From Eledone cirrhosa (Eukaryota), in the NCBI GenBank assembly GCA_964016885.1, contig CAXHJY010001606.1:1-64000 (forward strand): a stretch of 64,000 bases of DNA. The letters run 5' to 3'. Numbering within the stretch: position 1 is the first letter of the stretch; every line of letters begins with the position of its first letter. Made by a program: the position numbers and the translations under genes. The notes beneath the pieces were generated by a model. The model saw nothing but the letters and a program-made list of their open reading frames with translations, made no database searches and had not been told where the DNA came from. Of the stretch, positions 49,236 through 63,142 are shown piece by piece.

Positions 49236-49636
49236 GGGCGGTGGATTGGCAGTATCAGTAGAGGGTCGGACGCCATGCTTTCCTGCATAGTTACGTCCCT
49301 TTACGATCTGAGTTCAAATCCCGCCGAGGTTGACTTTGCCTTTCATCCTTACGGGGTCGATAAAATAAAGTACCAGTAATGCACTGGGTAATTGCTGGCC
49401 TTGTGCCTAAAGTAGAAACAATTATTACACATGCAACAAATAGGGCAGTGGATTGGTAGAATCGGTAGAGCGTCAAACACCATGCTTTACATTCTGTGTT
49501 CAAATACTGCCATGGTTAGCTTAGTCTTTTATCCTTACGAGGTCGATAAAATAAAGTACCTCTAATGCACTTGGGTCGATTTAATCGATTTTCCCCTCCA
49601 CTAAAATTGTTGGCCTTGTACCTAAACCAGAAACCA
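49236..49636 (+). mobile_element. Two head-to-tail S1 SINEs
   Basis: Copies at 49236-49420 and 49443-49635. The 17-mer ATTATTACACATGCAAC occurs at 49219, 49421 and 49636. Confidence 0.85.
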
Positions 49637-50565
49637 TTATTACACATGCAACTAAAGGTAAATATATATATATAACAAATGAGGTGTGGTAAGGAACCAG
49701 ATGGACCATAACACACCAGAGTACTCGATACTTAGGGTAGTAGAGTGGGTAATAGGAAATGTTTAACCCCGACGGCAGAACTCAAGCCGTTGGGGTTAAA
49801 CATGTTCTTATATATATATAGTCCAATCCATACAAGCATATAAAAATGGATATAAAATGATGATATTAGTGATGATGTGTGTGTGCATGGCTGATTTTGG
49901 TTTCTATCCCAGTCCATGAAACCTTGAGAAATGTCTTCCATAGCCTCAAACTGACCAATGCCTCTCGAGTTATTTTGGTAAGATGGAAACTATAAAGAAA
50001 GCTGTTTTGTATATATATATATTCAAATAAGACCATTATTGCTCCAATCAGTCTACTCACCCTCAACAAATACCCTAAGCTGAATGCCAACCCATCACTC
50101 TTGCCAAACAAATCATACTCCCGATCCAAATTCAGTAACTCAAATGTGGATCACCTATTCTCCCAGATTCACCTCATGCAACCAGACCTTAATAGCCACT
50201 CAATGGGTAAGAGAGATGTTATCAAGCTGATACATACATTTACATATATACATACACACATGTGTATGTATCTGTATTCATTGCATATTTTTCACCAATA
50301 TACAGGGACATTTTTTAAATGTCCCATAGAAACCACATTACCTGACCCTCAGTGATTCTACATGCAATGACTACGTGGCCCACTTAAAAAACAAATGTTG
50401 GCATCAGGAAAGGCATCTGTCCAAAGAATAGTGCCTCAAAAACATCTCAATCTCCCAAACTTGCTTGAAAAGTGGACATAAAAACAATATTGATTTTGAT
50501 GATTATATGCAATGGGATAAACCTGTCTAACCCATGCTAGTGAGGAAAATAGGCATCAAACGATG

Positions 50566-50610
<45 letters not shown>

Positions 50611-50682
50611 GCTATAGAATATACATCATTCTATCCATGTATTGAGGTTTGTTTCTCACATTTGCACAGCTAAACCTATATA

Positions 50683-50968
50683 TGTCATCATCATCATTTT
50701 ACGTCCACTTTTCCCTGGCTGGACAGGTCCTATTCAGCACAGCATCTCTCCACTTGTCACGGTCCTTCATCATCTCCTCGATGAGTTTCTGTGATCTGAG
50801 GTCTGCTCTCACCACCTCCGCCCATGTTTTACGTGGTCTACCTCTTCTGCGTCTTCCTTCTACTGGGATTTCTTGGCACTTCTTTACCCAGCGGTCATCC
50901 TCCATGCGCATCACATGTCCATACCATCTCACCCTTCTCTCCTGCACACCACAACTTATTCCTCTTAT
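50683..50968 (-). mobile_element. RTE LINE 3' fragment (subfamily 3, very short 3' UTR)
   Basis: IRGISCGVQERRVRWYGHVMRM...GRPRKTW runs almost directly into the (GAT)n tail. Confidence 0.85.
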
Positions 50969-51186
50969 ATATATATATGTGTGTGTGTTTTGGTTCCACG
51001 ACAAAAATCACCCAGTCTACACTGTAAATGATGTCAGCATTAGGAAGGACATCCAGACGTAGAAACCAAGCCAGAATCAGTTATGTATGAGCAGGACATG
51101 GTCACCTAACCTGACTTGCCTCAAATGGAAAACCCGTCTAACTCTTGCAAGCATGGAAAATTGATATTTGATGATGATGATGATGT

Positions 51187-51219
<33 letters not shown>

Positions 51220-51739
51220 ATATATATAATGTGTGTATTTATGCATGTGTATGTAATATATTTATTCGTCTTTCAGCCCTTCTAAGTCAATAAATAAAAT
51301 AAGTAGCAGTCATGTACTGGATTCAATTTAATTGACTTCCCCCTGCCATTCCCTATAAATTTATGGCTTTTGTAACCAATGCAAAAAAAACATCAATATC
51401 ATTTACATAAATATTTTTATAAATTCATATTTCTGTATGTATATTTAAATGTTTATTCTACTGAAAGAAGGCTTGTTAAGTTTATGTATATGCACCAGCA
51501 CACTAGCTTATTTATGTTGCTACAAATGTGTTTTATTGATGCGTTTTTACTTTTCTCACAAACTTAATTAGCAACGAAAACATATATAAATCATACTACT
51601 AAACTAAACCAAACCCAGTTTGTGGATAAAGATAGACATGTTTTGATAGAAATTAAAACAATATTCCAAGATATTTGTGTGAGCTTGTACGAGAAAAGGA
51701 AGTAGATACTAATGCCCTATACAGCTGTGTCCTATAATA

Positions 51740-52218
51740 TCCAAGCATGACAACACAATGAAATCCCTAATATTGGTAAATGGTAATGTTGGTGCCGTAA
51801 TAAAATACACCCAACCCACTCTGTAAAGTGGTAGTGCTGGTGACATGATAAAAACATCCAGTCCACACGATTTGGTGATAGGGCCTGTGTCATAATAAAA
51901 TGCACTCATCCCACACTGTAAAATAGTAGTGCAGCTGCCACAATAAAATGCATCTGCCCCACATTGTAATGTGGTAGTGCTGGTGCCACAATAAAAAACC
52001 TCCATACCACCGTGTAGGTGGTAGGGACAGTGCCACTAGAAAACAAGACCAGTCCAGGCTGTAAAGTTGTTAGTGTTAGGAAGGATATCCAATTGTAGAA
52101 AACCAAACCAAAAACAGATTGTATAAATTGATAAAGTCATCTGAACTATCAAGCCTCATAATGTGACAGCCTGTCTAACATGGAAAATAGATATATAACA
52201 GTGCTGCTGATGATGACT
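51740..52218 (+). mobile_element. Old RTE-type 3' UTR with an expanded ~46-bp tandem unit
   Basis: About 6-7 diverged units (AAAA..CAC.CA.CCCACACTGTAAAGTGGTAGTGCTGGTGCCAC) precede GTGTTAGGAAGGATATCC and a GAT tail. Confidence 0.65.
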
Positions 52219-53612
52219 GATTAAGAAGCTTGCTTCTCTGCACAACTACTAAGTTTTTCCACAGTATCTCAGGCAAGTAGTGTCTTCTAACATAAACTTA
52301 GATGAACCAAGTCTTGCGGGTGAAATTTCGGAGACAGAAACCTTTATGGAAGCCCATTAAATGAGAAACAGGTTGTATAGTATATAACATGGCTTCATTG
52401 GAAAAGGTACTGGACAATTGACTGACAACAGGAGTTCTATGTATTGCAGAAGTATTATCAGCTCTTCATTCTCCAGTTCACTAAGATGCTGGGGATAGCT
52501 ATGAAATCGCCAAAGAAATTTTATATTTCTACTCCTGGGTGGTACTGCTCAAGTTTCTATGATACCAAAGTGCCTGAAACTGCCCAAGGTTTTATGACAC
52601 AAAACTGTTTATTCTAAAGTGTTTATATTCATCTAAAAACCTTTGATCATAATTTTTATGTAAGAATCTTTGTCATGTCATGCTCAAAACACCAGCATAA
52701 AAATGAATTCTAATTTAGGCCCTAGGCCAGGAATTTATGGGGAGGGGAGGTTATGAACCCCAGTACTTTAATAGTACTTTATTTTATCAAGCACCAAAGA
52801 AAGAAAGGTAAAGTTGACCTCAACAGGATTTGAAATTGGAATATAAAGGGAATAAATTTCACAAAGTCATTTTGTTCAACATTCCCAGTTCTGCCAATCT
52901 ACTGCTAGCTTTATAATGAGAAAGCTATATTACTAGATATCTTCAAATTTCTTTTTTTATTATTTTCAAGATGATTTGAAAACTATAAACTCTGCTTTTC
53001 ATGAGAAATATGGTTATGAAAGGGTTAATAATATACCACTACATGACTTTGGGTGTCTTGAGCAAAGTCAGTTGCTGCAAACCCTTTCATTACCATATTT
53101 CTAATGAAATACACTGCCTATGTACTTTAATTAATTTTAAAATAACCAAAAATTTGAAGGAATTTAATAAAATAACAAAGTTTTTCATTACTAAGCTGAT
53201 AACTTCTTTCCTTTCTGTCACCAATTTAGGAAGCCTTTTTCCCTTTAATTCAAGTGAAAAATAAATAATTAAATAAATAAAAATGGCAAGCTTATCTTCG
53301 TTGTTATTCTCTACACATATAGCAGAACAATGTATACAAAATTTGTGAGTAATTCACGTGTTAATCTCACTTATTGTGTTTCTGTGTTTTGCACTTTCTT
53401 CTAATTAATATATTCCCTGATCATATTCAAGTGTCATATTTTTAACCCTTTTGATACCTACCCAACCATAACAAGAGAGATGGATCCAGAGATACTTTAC
53501 ATGATTTTTGCAACTATTATTTTGGTCATTTGCCTTGGCATGCACACATTTCAAATTTCATACTTCATTTAATGTGTTGTTTATTTGATTATAACTCTTG
53601 AGATGAAATGGT

Positions 53613-53923
53613 AATAAAAATACCACTGAAGTCAGGCAGTGTTATTTCATGGTCAGACATGAGCAGTATTGTCTTTTTAAAGGATAGTTACCAAGAAACT
53701 ATTCACATTAATATAATAAGAATACCACTGAAGTGAGGCAGTGTTATTTCATGATCAGACATGAGCAGTATTGTCTTTTTAAAGGATAGTTACCAAGAAA
53801 CTATTCACATTAATATAATAAAAATACCACTGAAGTGAGGCAGTGTTATTTCATGGTCAGACATGAGCAGTATTGTCTTTTTAAAGGATAGTTACCAAGA
53901 AACTATTCACATTAATATGATAA
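53613..53923. repeat. 102-bp tandem repeat x3
   Basis: TACCACTGAAG starts at 53621, 53723 and 53825. The units are almost identical, with no spacers. Confidence 0.92.
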
Positions 53924-54329
53924 GAAACCTAGATTAGACAAAGTGGTCTGATAATATTATATTTATCTCAAATTTAGTGCTTGGCTGCCATAGCAACATG
54001 TAAATACACTTTTTCATAGATGTTAATGCAGACACTTGCATGTTTAAACTCATACATTTACATACATGCTCACACACATATATATATACACACATGCACT
54101 CACACATATAGAGTATTTATGGATGATTAAAGATGTTATATTGTCATTATTCAGAGATTTTCTCTGAACAATCATCCAATGACTGGAAAACAAATTAAAA
54201 TAATTTTTGAAACTATATATCACACCCGTTTAAGCAATCTATTAATTATTATATTAATCTAATCAACCAATTAGTCATCCATTCCACTTTACACACACAG
54301 ATATATATATATATATGTGTAATATAGGT

Positions 54330-54512
54330 AATATAGAAATGGCTTGTGCAGAAGAACTGTTTCATTCGAAGGAAATCATCAGCTTCCCTGATGATTTCCT
54401 TCAAATGAAACAGTTCTAGTCCTGTAGAAGCCTTTTCTATATTAAACATTTATACTTTGCTATGTATTGAGTACCTTACTTATTGTTGGTAACCCCAATT
54501 GAACCTGGGATA
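54330..54512. mobile_element. Family C HHR-like short element as a fold-back
   Basis: Inverted repeat at 54330-54443. The plus strand reads GCTTCC-CTGATGA-TTTCCTTCAAAT-GAAA-CAGTTCTAGTC-CTGTAGAAGC. Confidence 0.6.
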
Positions 54513-55173
54513 CACACATACACACACAATATATAATACACAAACACCCCTACTATCTAATGCATCCACACATTTGAGCCAATGAGGGAAACTGCTAGAA
54601 AAGCAGCCAAATATGGTCAACAGTGTATATTTTTTTGTAAGGAATGCCACATTAGACAATGCCAGCACTGATATACAAAAATACAGGATGGTCATGAATG
54701 GACTACCTTTGGTCATAGGTTTTTTTCAATCATAGAAGAAATAGACTGAACAAAATCAACAACACAAATATCTCTTCTCTCTCCTGCCATTGTAAGACAA
54801 ATACTGAAGCTGTGTTTTCTATAACATAATAATGTTCTTACTGGTTATGGCACCTGGAAATTGTGGTTTACTATTCCTTCTGTGTTAATAATTGAAGTAA
54901 CTATAGAGCAAACTAGAAAAATGTACAAATATTGTGATGACAGTTTCATTTCAGCAGAGTTTGCTAAAATCTATTAGTTGGGTGTGTCAGCAAGAGATAT
55001 AAAGGAGTTAGTGGTGAAACAGATAAACAGTTTCTCTTTACAGATAGACACACGTAAACACACGTGTGTGCACTCAGGTATACATGCACTCTCTCTCTCT
55101 CACACACACACACCCACAAATATATATACATATGTAAACGTATCTCATCATGCATGAATGTGTTTTTGTTTGC

Positions 55174-55234
<61 letters not shown>

Positions 55235-55731
55235 ATTGGGCTGTGTATGCAACACTGATCAGTAAACAATGACGAAATTAGATTCAAGCACTCAACGACA
55301 TGTGTATCCTTCCAAATGTGATTTGCTAGTCCATGATAGAGTAAGAAGTGCTTGTGGTACAGAAATCAGAAAGATCATATATCTAGGGGTAGTTTTGATG
55401 TATGTTTAGGTACAGAATTTGATATTAGAAATTAGTAAAATTACAATGGAGGGTCCTCTCCATCCATTTTGTCTGGTTTGTTGGCTTTTTCATATTGAAC
55501 AAGCCTCCAGTCCACCTGAAATGGTGAATGCCTGCTCTGTTTCTGCTGATTTAACATTCTTACATTATATAGCTCAAAGTGAACATGCCTGAAAGCCAGT
55601 CAATATGTAGAGGGTCCTCAATTGGGATTTTACCAATTTATATATGTATCCTGGTTTCTAGAATAGGTACACTGTATCCCTGCATGGAAAAATGGAAGTG
55701 AAAAACTATGGCAATGAGGATGATGATGATA

Positions 55732-55777
<46 letters not shown>

Positions 55778-55780
<3 letters not shown>

Positions 55781-57541
55781 TCATCATCATCATCATCACC
55801 GTTTTACGTCCGTTCTTCCACGCTAGCATGGGTTAGACGGGTTGTCCTGTTGTGGGCAGTGTCTGGTCGGCTGACCATGCCTTGCTCATACAGGAACTGA
55901 TTTGGCTTGATTTCTACAGCTGGATGCCCTTCCTAACACCAACCTCATTTACAGTGAGTGCTGGGTGCTTTTTTGTGGCGCCTACACGTCCACTTTACAG
56001 TGTGGGCTGGGTGATTTTTGCCGTGGCACCTCCACGACCACCTTGCGGTGGGGGGAGTGGGGGCATATTGTCTATATGCTTCAGCTTGTACCCATGGGAG
56101 GTCGGGTACTCTGTATTACTGCGTGACGCCAGAAGTCACGGTCGTGTGTCATTGCCTTTGAGAGGTGTAATTAGGTAAGGTCGGCTTTTATCACCTCATC
56201 CCAGGTCTCCCCACTCCGCGGGTTCCATCAACTTCTAGTGCTCTGCACCTTTTTATGCAGCTGTCATCCTTCATACGCATCACATGTCCATACCAACACA
56301 ACCGCATCTCCTGCACACGGCATTTGATTCTTCTTATGCTCAGTCTCTCTCTCAATTCATTTATGCTTTGTCGTTCACGTATATTACTGTTACACATCCA
56401 TCGGAGCATACAGGCTTCGTTTCTCTCTAATCTACGTAAGTCTTCCACCTTCAGTGCCCAGGTCTCACTACCATGCAACATTGCTGTTCGGATACACGCA
56501 TCATACAGTCTGCCTTTCATTCTGAGGGAGAAGCCTTTTGCAGCTAGCAGTGGTAGTAGTTCCCTAAACTTCTTCCATCCCGTTCTTACCCTAGTTATTG
56601 TACTTTCTGAACACCCACCTCCGCTGCTAATTCGGTCACCTAGGTTGCAGAAGCTGTCTACTGTTTCTACAGAGCCCTCCCAGAGATTGGTGGTACTTGT
56701 TTCCTGTGGCTGTTTGCTGCTTGCTGTCTCATCACAGCTGCTGCATGTGAAGCCTACATTCTTAATTAAGCTTCCTGAGATCCCGCTACATCTCTTGTGT
56801 ACCTATTGTTTGCATTTGGGGCAGAGAATGGAGTTCCTACCTACACCTTTCCTACATACTGAGCAAAGCCATTTCCCTGAGGGGATCTGGGTTCTGTTTT
56901 CTCGTCTACTTACAAGGACCTTTGTCTTTGTCATGTTGACTTTGAGACCCTTTTTTTCTAGTCCCTGCTTCCAAGTTTGGAATTTATTCTCTAGTTCTAC
57001 CATAGATTCAGCTATGAGTACGAGGTCATCAGCATACAGGAGTTCCCATGGGCATCCAGTCTTAAACTCCTCCGTTATTGCCTGCAGGTCTATGATGAAC
57101 AGGAGGGGGCTAAGAACAGAGCCCTGGTGGACCCCAACCTGTACGCTAAATTCCTCGCTATACTCATTGCTAATCCTAACTTTGCTGACTGCTCCCCTAT
57201 ACATGGCTTGTACCACTTTCACAACCCATTCATCTACTCCTAGTTTTCTAAGAGCCCACCAGATTACAGCACAACAAACTCTGTCAAAGGCTTTCTCAAG
57301 GTCGACAAATGCCAAGTAGAGTGGCTTACTTTTAGCTAGGTACTTTTCCTGTAATTGCCTCACAAGGAAGAGGGCATCAGTGGTGCCTCTTCCTGGTACA
57401 AACCCAAATTGCATCTCGTCTATTTCCACCCGGTCCCTAATCAACTGTGCTATAACTCTTTCTGTTACTTTCATGACCTGGTCCATCAACTTTATACCTC
57501 TATAGTTTCCTCTATCTAGTGCATCGCCTTTACCTTTGTAT
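55778..57541 (-). pseudogene. RTE LINE, 5'-truncated (subfamily 2), with an in-frame stop inside the PHD finger
   Basis: RT motifs occur in ORFs 56803-57681 (N-terminus from microsatellite) and 56191-56520. TGG>TAG at ~56803, with a (GAT)n tail. Confidence 0.92.
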
Positions 57542-58114
57542 ATATATATATATATACGCACATACTTGTGTATATATATATATACACATGTGTATGTATA
57601 CACGTGTATGTATGTATATATATATACATACACACTCACATATGTATATATATATACACATATACATACACATACACACATGTGTATGTATGTATATATA
57701 TATATATATCATCGTCATCCCCATTTTACATCTTTTTTCCATGTTTCCATGGGTTATATATATGTATAAAACTTTCTATTTTTCTATGCTGGCATTGATA
57801 TAAATGTTTATGAATTTGTGAAAATCAATATACATTAATTTATTTAAAAAGGAAGAGAAAAATGATCATAATAAAACATGTAATGTGGAGAAAGTGAACA
57901 TACATGTCTGTCCAAATAATGCAATAAATTTTGCTACATGCGCTTGTTAATTAAGAATTATTGACCTTCCAAGTCTTACTGGTGGCAAGAAGCCCAAGCT
58001 CATCATGGTTAATTGTGCATGAGATTTTATGGAAGAGTTTCCTGGAAGACTTGACAACATTCTCCATAAATGACAATTCATTTTATTATTGATTCTAACA
58101 CAAAGGGTGGTTGT

Positions 58115-58830
58115 TTCGCAGTATTGTAAGAGCATTGGACAACATGCTTTGTGGCATGGAGTTGCGTCCCTTTACCTTCTGTGTTCAAATCCTGCTGAGG
58201 TTAGCTTTGCCTTTCATCCTTACGGGGGTCGATAAAATAAAATACCAGTGATACACTGGGGTCAATTTAATCGACTTCCCCTACCCAAAAATTGTTGGCC
58301 TTGTGCCTAAACCAAAAATCATTATTAACACAGGAACAGTGGATTAACTGGATCGGTGGAGCATCAGACGAAATATAAAGCCATATTTATTCTGGCTCTT
58401 TAAATTTTGTGTTCAAATCCCACCAAAGTCAATTTTGCCTTTCGTCCTTCCAGAGTCAATAAAATAAAGTACCAGTCAAGTACTGGGATTTATTTAAATG
58501 ACTTTTACCTCCCCTTAAATTTCCTGGCTTTATGATTAAATTAGCCATCATTATTAATTCTTATGCAAGCACACATGATTGCCAGTATTATAACATTGGA
58601 CAAAATACTCTGTGACATATAGCTACAGCCCTTTACATTCTAAGTTCAAATTCTGCCATTGTCAAACTTGTCATTCATTCTTCTGGGATCAATAAAATGA
58701 AGTACCAGTCAAATACTGAAGTTAATATAATTGATTTCTCTCTTCCCTCAAAACTGCTTATCTTTAGTATCATCATCATTTTTCTTTAATGTCTGCAAGG
58801 GTTGTGCCTCGATTGGAAACCATTATTAAT
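58115..58830 (+). mobile_element. Cluster of three head-to-tail S1-type SINEs
   Basis: GTTCAAAT...CCTTTCATCC...AATAAA..ACCAGT is repeated at ~58180, 58410 and 58645, each copy ending near ATCATTATTAA. Confidence 0.75.
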
Positions 58831-60086
58831 TCTAACAGACACACAGACACATGTATAATTAATTTGAAGCAAAAACCTCTATATATTCATATTGTGTTTG
58901 TGTGCTTTTGTTGTATTATATGTAAAAACATTAAAATACTTAATACACCTTTTCAGTGTGTTGTAGAGTCAGGGTATATGCGTGTTTAAATGTGGTAACT
59001 ATATCATTAAATCCATGTCATTGAGTTAGATTGCCATCCACCTGGATACTGGCATGTAATCAAGGTATCGATTAAATTACACACTCCCTAAACACACACA
59101 TACACATACAATCATACACACACACACACACACTACACTTCAAATAAAGTGGTATTGAAGTAAAAAAATTGTTTCTGTTGTGCTATTTTGGGTTAAACCA
59201 CCTTCGGTTTGTGGCCAAAATAAGGTTGGCCTCATAACCCTCCCTATCAAAATATACTTTGACAAGCTCTTTCACGTGTACTTATTGGTTAGAGATAAAT
59301 CTTCCTAGATAAAATATCTGTCCATTATTGGTAAGTTGATTGGGTAGGTGGTTGGATGATTGGTGGTGTTGGTTGGCTGGTTAGCTGGCTGGTTGCCTCG
59401 TCAGAAGGCTGGTTGGCTGGTTTATTGGATTGGTTGACCTGTTGGCTGGCTGAGCTCATAACCCTAATGGTCCTTTTTGTATTTTGCACTAACATGGTCT
59501 TTATGTAGTGATTCCCATTGCCTTCTGATTTAAAACAATTTAACCACACACACTGTATACAATTTAAATACATTCATTAATTATGAATTGAATGATAAAT
59601 CCAACCTCATGTGATCTGGGTATTTTGGGGTGGGGCTTGAATAGTACAAGAACTGATAAGTGGAGATCAATTAGATTTTAGAGTTGATTAGTTGCAATGT
59701 TAACCTAATGTGTGTGGATCACATTTGACATCAATCTGTTAAAATGTATTCCTACTTGGAAAATGTAACTCACCACCCAGTTTAACGTCACCATGTTATT
59801 TTTAGGAGAGCTTAATATGTTGTGAGATTTAAACTAAACTACTAGTTCTTATAGACTTAGTGTGCAAATCTTCAGACTATGCTTCAGAGCATCAATCTTG
59901 CAAGTATAGAGGGATGATCTACAGAGGTCATGAGTACTATCCTTATCTCTCCTGAATAATTTGTTAAAAATATTAAAAAGTATCAAATGGTATTAAAAAC
60001 TTTTCCAGTCCTAATAATTCATCTTAACTTAACTTACTAAAATAAATAAATAAACTGATGATCAAATTTAAGAACTCATAAATAAT

Positions 60087-60272
60087 TTTCTACATTTGGC
60101 ACAAGGCCAGCAATTATCCCAGTGTATTACTGGTGCTTTATTTTATCGACCCCATAAGGATGAAAGGCAAAGTTAACCTCGGCGGGATTTGAATTCAGAC
60201 CATAAAGGGCCATAACTCTTTGCTGCAAAGCATGGCGTCAGACCCTCTACCGATACGGCCAATCCACCGCCA
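60087..60272 (-). mobile_element. tRNA-derived SINE (family S1) with TSD
   Basis: TSD GAACTCATAAATAAT at 60072-60086 and 60275-60289. Confidence 0.85.
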
Positions 60273-60379
60273 TTGAACTCATAAATAATGTGAAAACATC
60301 AAAATGTTTCCATCTTCAGAGCATAGACAATTTCTTGTAGATTCATGTGTTACATCCTCTAGTAAAAAATGAACCTTTG

Positions 60380-60968
60380 TCATCATGGGCTCTCATTGTC
60401 ATCATCTTGGTGTGCTTGTTGCATGGATCAGCATGACCCTCCTTCTCCATTTGACTTGGTTGTTCATTGCTTGTGGCAATTCTTCATATTAGACTCAGCA
60501 TACTCACATAACTGTTTGATGTAGATTCTAGGAGGTCTACCAACATTGGAATGCCTATTCTTTGGTGTGAATAACAATACATCGCTGACAATTTCTTCCT
60601 TTGCTCTTTAGCAGTATCCCACAAATCTGGCATGTCTTTCTTGGATGGTATGAGAGATTATAGTTAGAAGACTGTAAAAGTGCTTTTTTCTAGAATTCTG
60701 CTTCAAGCATAGGTTTAACACTTTAGGATTTAAACCGGCTGTATCCGGCCAGAATTCTCTCACCTCTTTCTGTTCAAACTGGCTGTAATCGGCTGCTTAT
60801 ACTGATCTTAAGGTATTGTTCTCAAAATAAATAATATCAAAATTTCATAGATTCAATATTATGTGAGATAATTATGTAAATCAAAGCCTTTACTATGAAA
60901 ATATAATAGTGAATATAGAGTAATATAAATGCTAAAGCTTTAAAGCTGCTCTGACCATTCTTGTACAC
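60380..60968 (-). pseudogene. Old RTE-clade C-terminal fragment interrupted by an M1 MITE
   Basis: The minus strand reads TRMVRAAL|NLC...IISHTIQERHARFVGYC*RAKEEIVSDVLLFTP...GRPPRIYIKQL. Confidence 0.7.
60719..60939. mobile_element. piggyBac-type MITE (family M1)
   Basis: TTAA flanks and homology to 30012-30219. Confidence 0.8.
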
Positions 60969-61245
60969 TCGTAAATTGTGATTAATTATGAAATATTATA
61001 ATATATTACTTACAATTAATGATAATATGTATTTTCATTTCACAAAACATAATTACATTATAGATAAACGGTGGCCAATTAACTGGTATCGGTGAATTAA
61101 TCAGTAATCAGTTAATTTGCTTATCATCAGCAGAAGCATCATCCCCATTTAACATCTGTTTTTCCCTGCTAGCAATAATATATATGCTAGCAGGGAAAAA
61201 CAGACATTAAATGATGATCATGATACATACATATATATATATATA

Positions 61246-61283
<38 letters not shown>

Positions 61284-61300
61284 TATATATATTGTATATA

Positions 61301-62591
61301 CAGGGTGTTGTCGATATTTGTTCGCAATTTTCAACTGCTAATTTTATGCAAATTTTTTTTACTTCCGTTGTCACTCTTGTCTTCATAAAAACAGGGACTA
61401 TATTTCCATTATTTATTTTCAGAATAATTGATTATGAATAATTTTGAACCTCCAAATTTGTGGAAGAGACACAAAGTTCTTCTTGGAATCCACACCGGGA
61501 GGACAAATAAGGAAATTTCAGACTGAATGGTGGAAAACGTCAGAAAGGAATTGGAAGATTCAGGATTCGACTACGAAGCAACATCAGAGAGGAAAACACA
61601 TGATCGACGATCTGACGCCTTCAGAACGCCCGAGTTCGTCGCTGAAGTTCAGGATATCATCAACAATGTCCCTAGCAAGTCGATGCGTGCCATTGCAAGG
61701 GAGAAGGGCGTGGATGAAAAGCTGATTAGGCTGGTGGTACATGAAGACATTTGCTACTTTTCATACAAGATGAGGAAAGGACAATTTCTGTCAAAGGCGA
61801 TGCAAGAAAAGTGACTGAAGCACGCAAAGAAGCTGATCAACAAGCTGAACACCCACTGTAGCCAGACATGCTGTGGTTTTTCTCCGACGAGAAAAACTTC
61901 TGCCAAGACCAGAAGATCAACTCCCAGAACAATAAGTGGCTCGCTGTCTCATCCAAAGACGTGCCCAGAGTCTTGCAGACAAAGTTTCCAGCGACAACAT
62001 TGGTCTTAGGTGTCATCAGCACTCAAGGTGACGTCATGCCACCTCACTTCTTCCCTAAGGGCCTCAAGCTGAACACCGATTGCTACATCCATGTTCTGAG
62101 CGAGGTAGTAAAGCCCTGGATCAACCAGGTAGCTGCATGTAGGCCGTATGTGTGGCACCAAGACTCAGCGCCCTGCCATACCAGCCGAAAGACCCAAGCC
62201 TGGCTGTCAGAGAACTTCATCGACCACACTTCACCTGACATCTGGCCTCCCAGCCCACCTGACTGCAACCCCCTCGACTTCTTTGTGTGGGGTGCAGTGG
62301 AACGAGACACCAACAGATCTAGCTGCAATACGAAAGACGATCTGAAGGCCAGGATCACAAGTGCCTTTAGGGGGTGCCTAAGTCGGGGGATAGTGACGAA
62401 GACCTGTACCCGGTTCCGAGGCCGCCTTGAGGCCGTCATCAAAGCCAATGGCGGGTTTATCGAGTGAGCTCGATAGAACAAGTCATGAAGACAAACTGAC
62501 CCATGTTTGATAAATATATCTTAAAAAATAAAACTACTGTGTTATTTCTTCCTAGACAGTAATCTTGCGAACAAATATCGTCCGCACTCTG
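61301..62591 (+). mobile_element. Near full-length DD37D (maT-type) Tc1/mariner transposon, 1291 bp
   Basis: TIRs CAGGGTGTTGTCGATATTTGTTCGCAA / TTGCGAACAAATATCGTCCGCACTCTG with TA flanks. Confidence 0.92.
61527..62467 (+). pseudogene. DD37D transposase (premature stop and frameshift)
   Basis: An HTH-like segment (SMRAIAREKGVDEKLIR) is followed by FFSDEK...HQDSAPCH...WPPSPPDCNPLDF. I count 37 residues between the second and third Asp. There is a TGA at 61812-61814. Confidence 0.9.
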
Positions 62592-62722
62592 TATATATGT
62601 ATATATGTGTGTATGTACATATGTATATGTGTATATATGTGTATATGTATATATGTGTATATGTATATATGTGTATATATGTATATGTATATATGCATAT
62701 ATATATATGTATATATGCATAT

Positions 62723-63078
62723 ATCATCATCACCGTTTTACGTCCGTTCTTCCACGCTAGCATGGGTTAGACGGGTTGTCCTGTTGTGGGCAATGCTCAT
62801 ACGGGAACTGATTCTGGCTTGATTTCTACAGCTGGATGCCCTTCCTAACACCACCCTCATTTACAGTGAGTGCTGGGTGCTTTTTTGCCGTGGCACCTCC
62901 ACGACCACTTTGCAATGGAATGATAGGGACCCCAGTCCCTATCATCTCATTTCTACAGCTGAGTAAACTGGAGCAATGTGAAATAAAGTGTCAAGGAAAC
63001 AACACATCACCCGGTTTGAGAATTGAACTCACAACCTTTCGATTGCAAGGCCAATGCTCTAACCACTAAGCCATGTGC
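62723..63078 (-). mobile_element. Composite SINE family S2 (tRNA + CORE + RTE tail)
   Basis: Close homologue of 44704-45042. Confidence 0.82.
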
Positions 63079-63142
63079 ATATATATGTATATATGTATAT
63101 ATATATATGTATATATGCATATATATCTGTATATATATATAG

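Noticed and set aside
53613-53923. 102-bp repeats as a CRISPR array or tandem hammerheads
   Set aside because: There are no unique spacers and the context is eukaryotic. CTGAAGT does not fit the CUGANGA core.
56255-57319. 354-aa plus-strand ORF and similar ORFs opposite the RTE, Tx1 and mariner genes
   Set aside because: These are antisense shadows of the retroelement or transposase frame, with no independent motifs.
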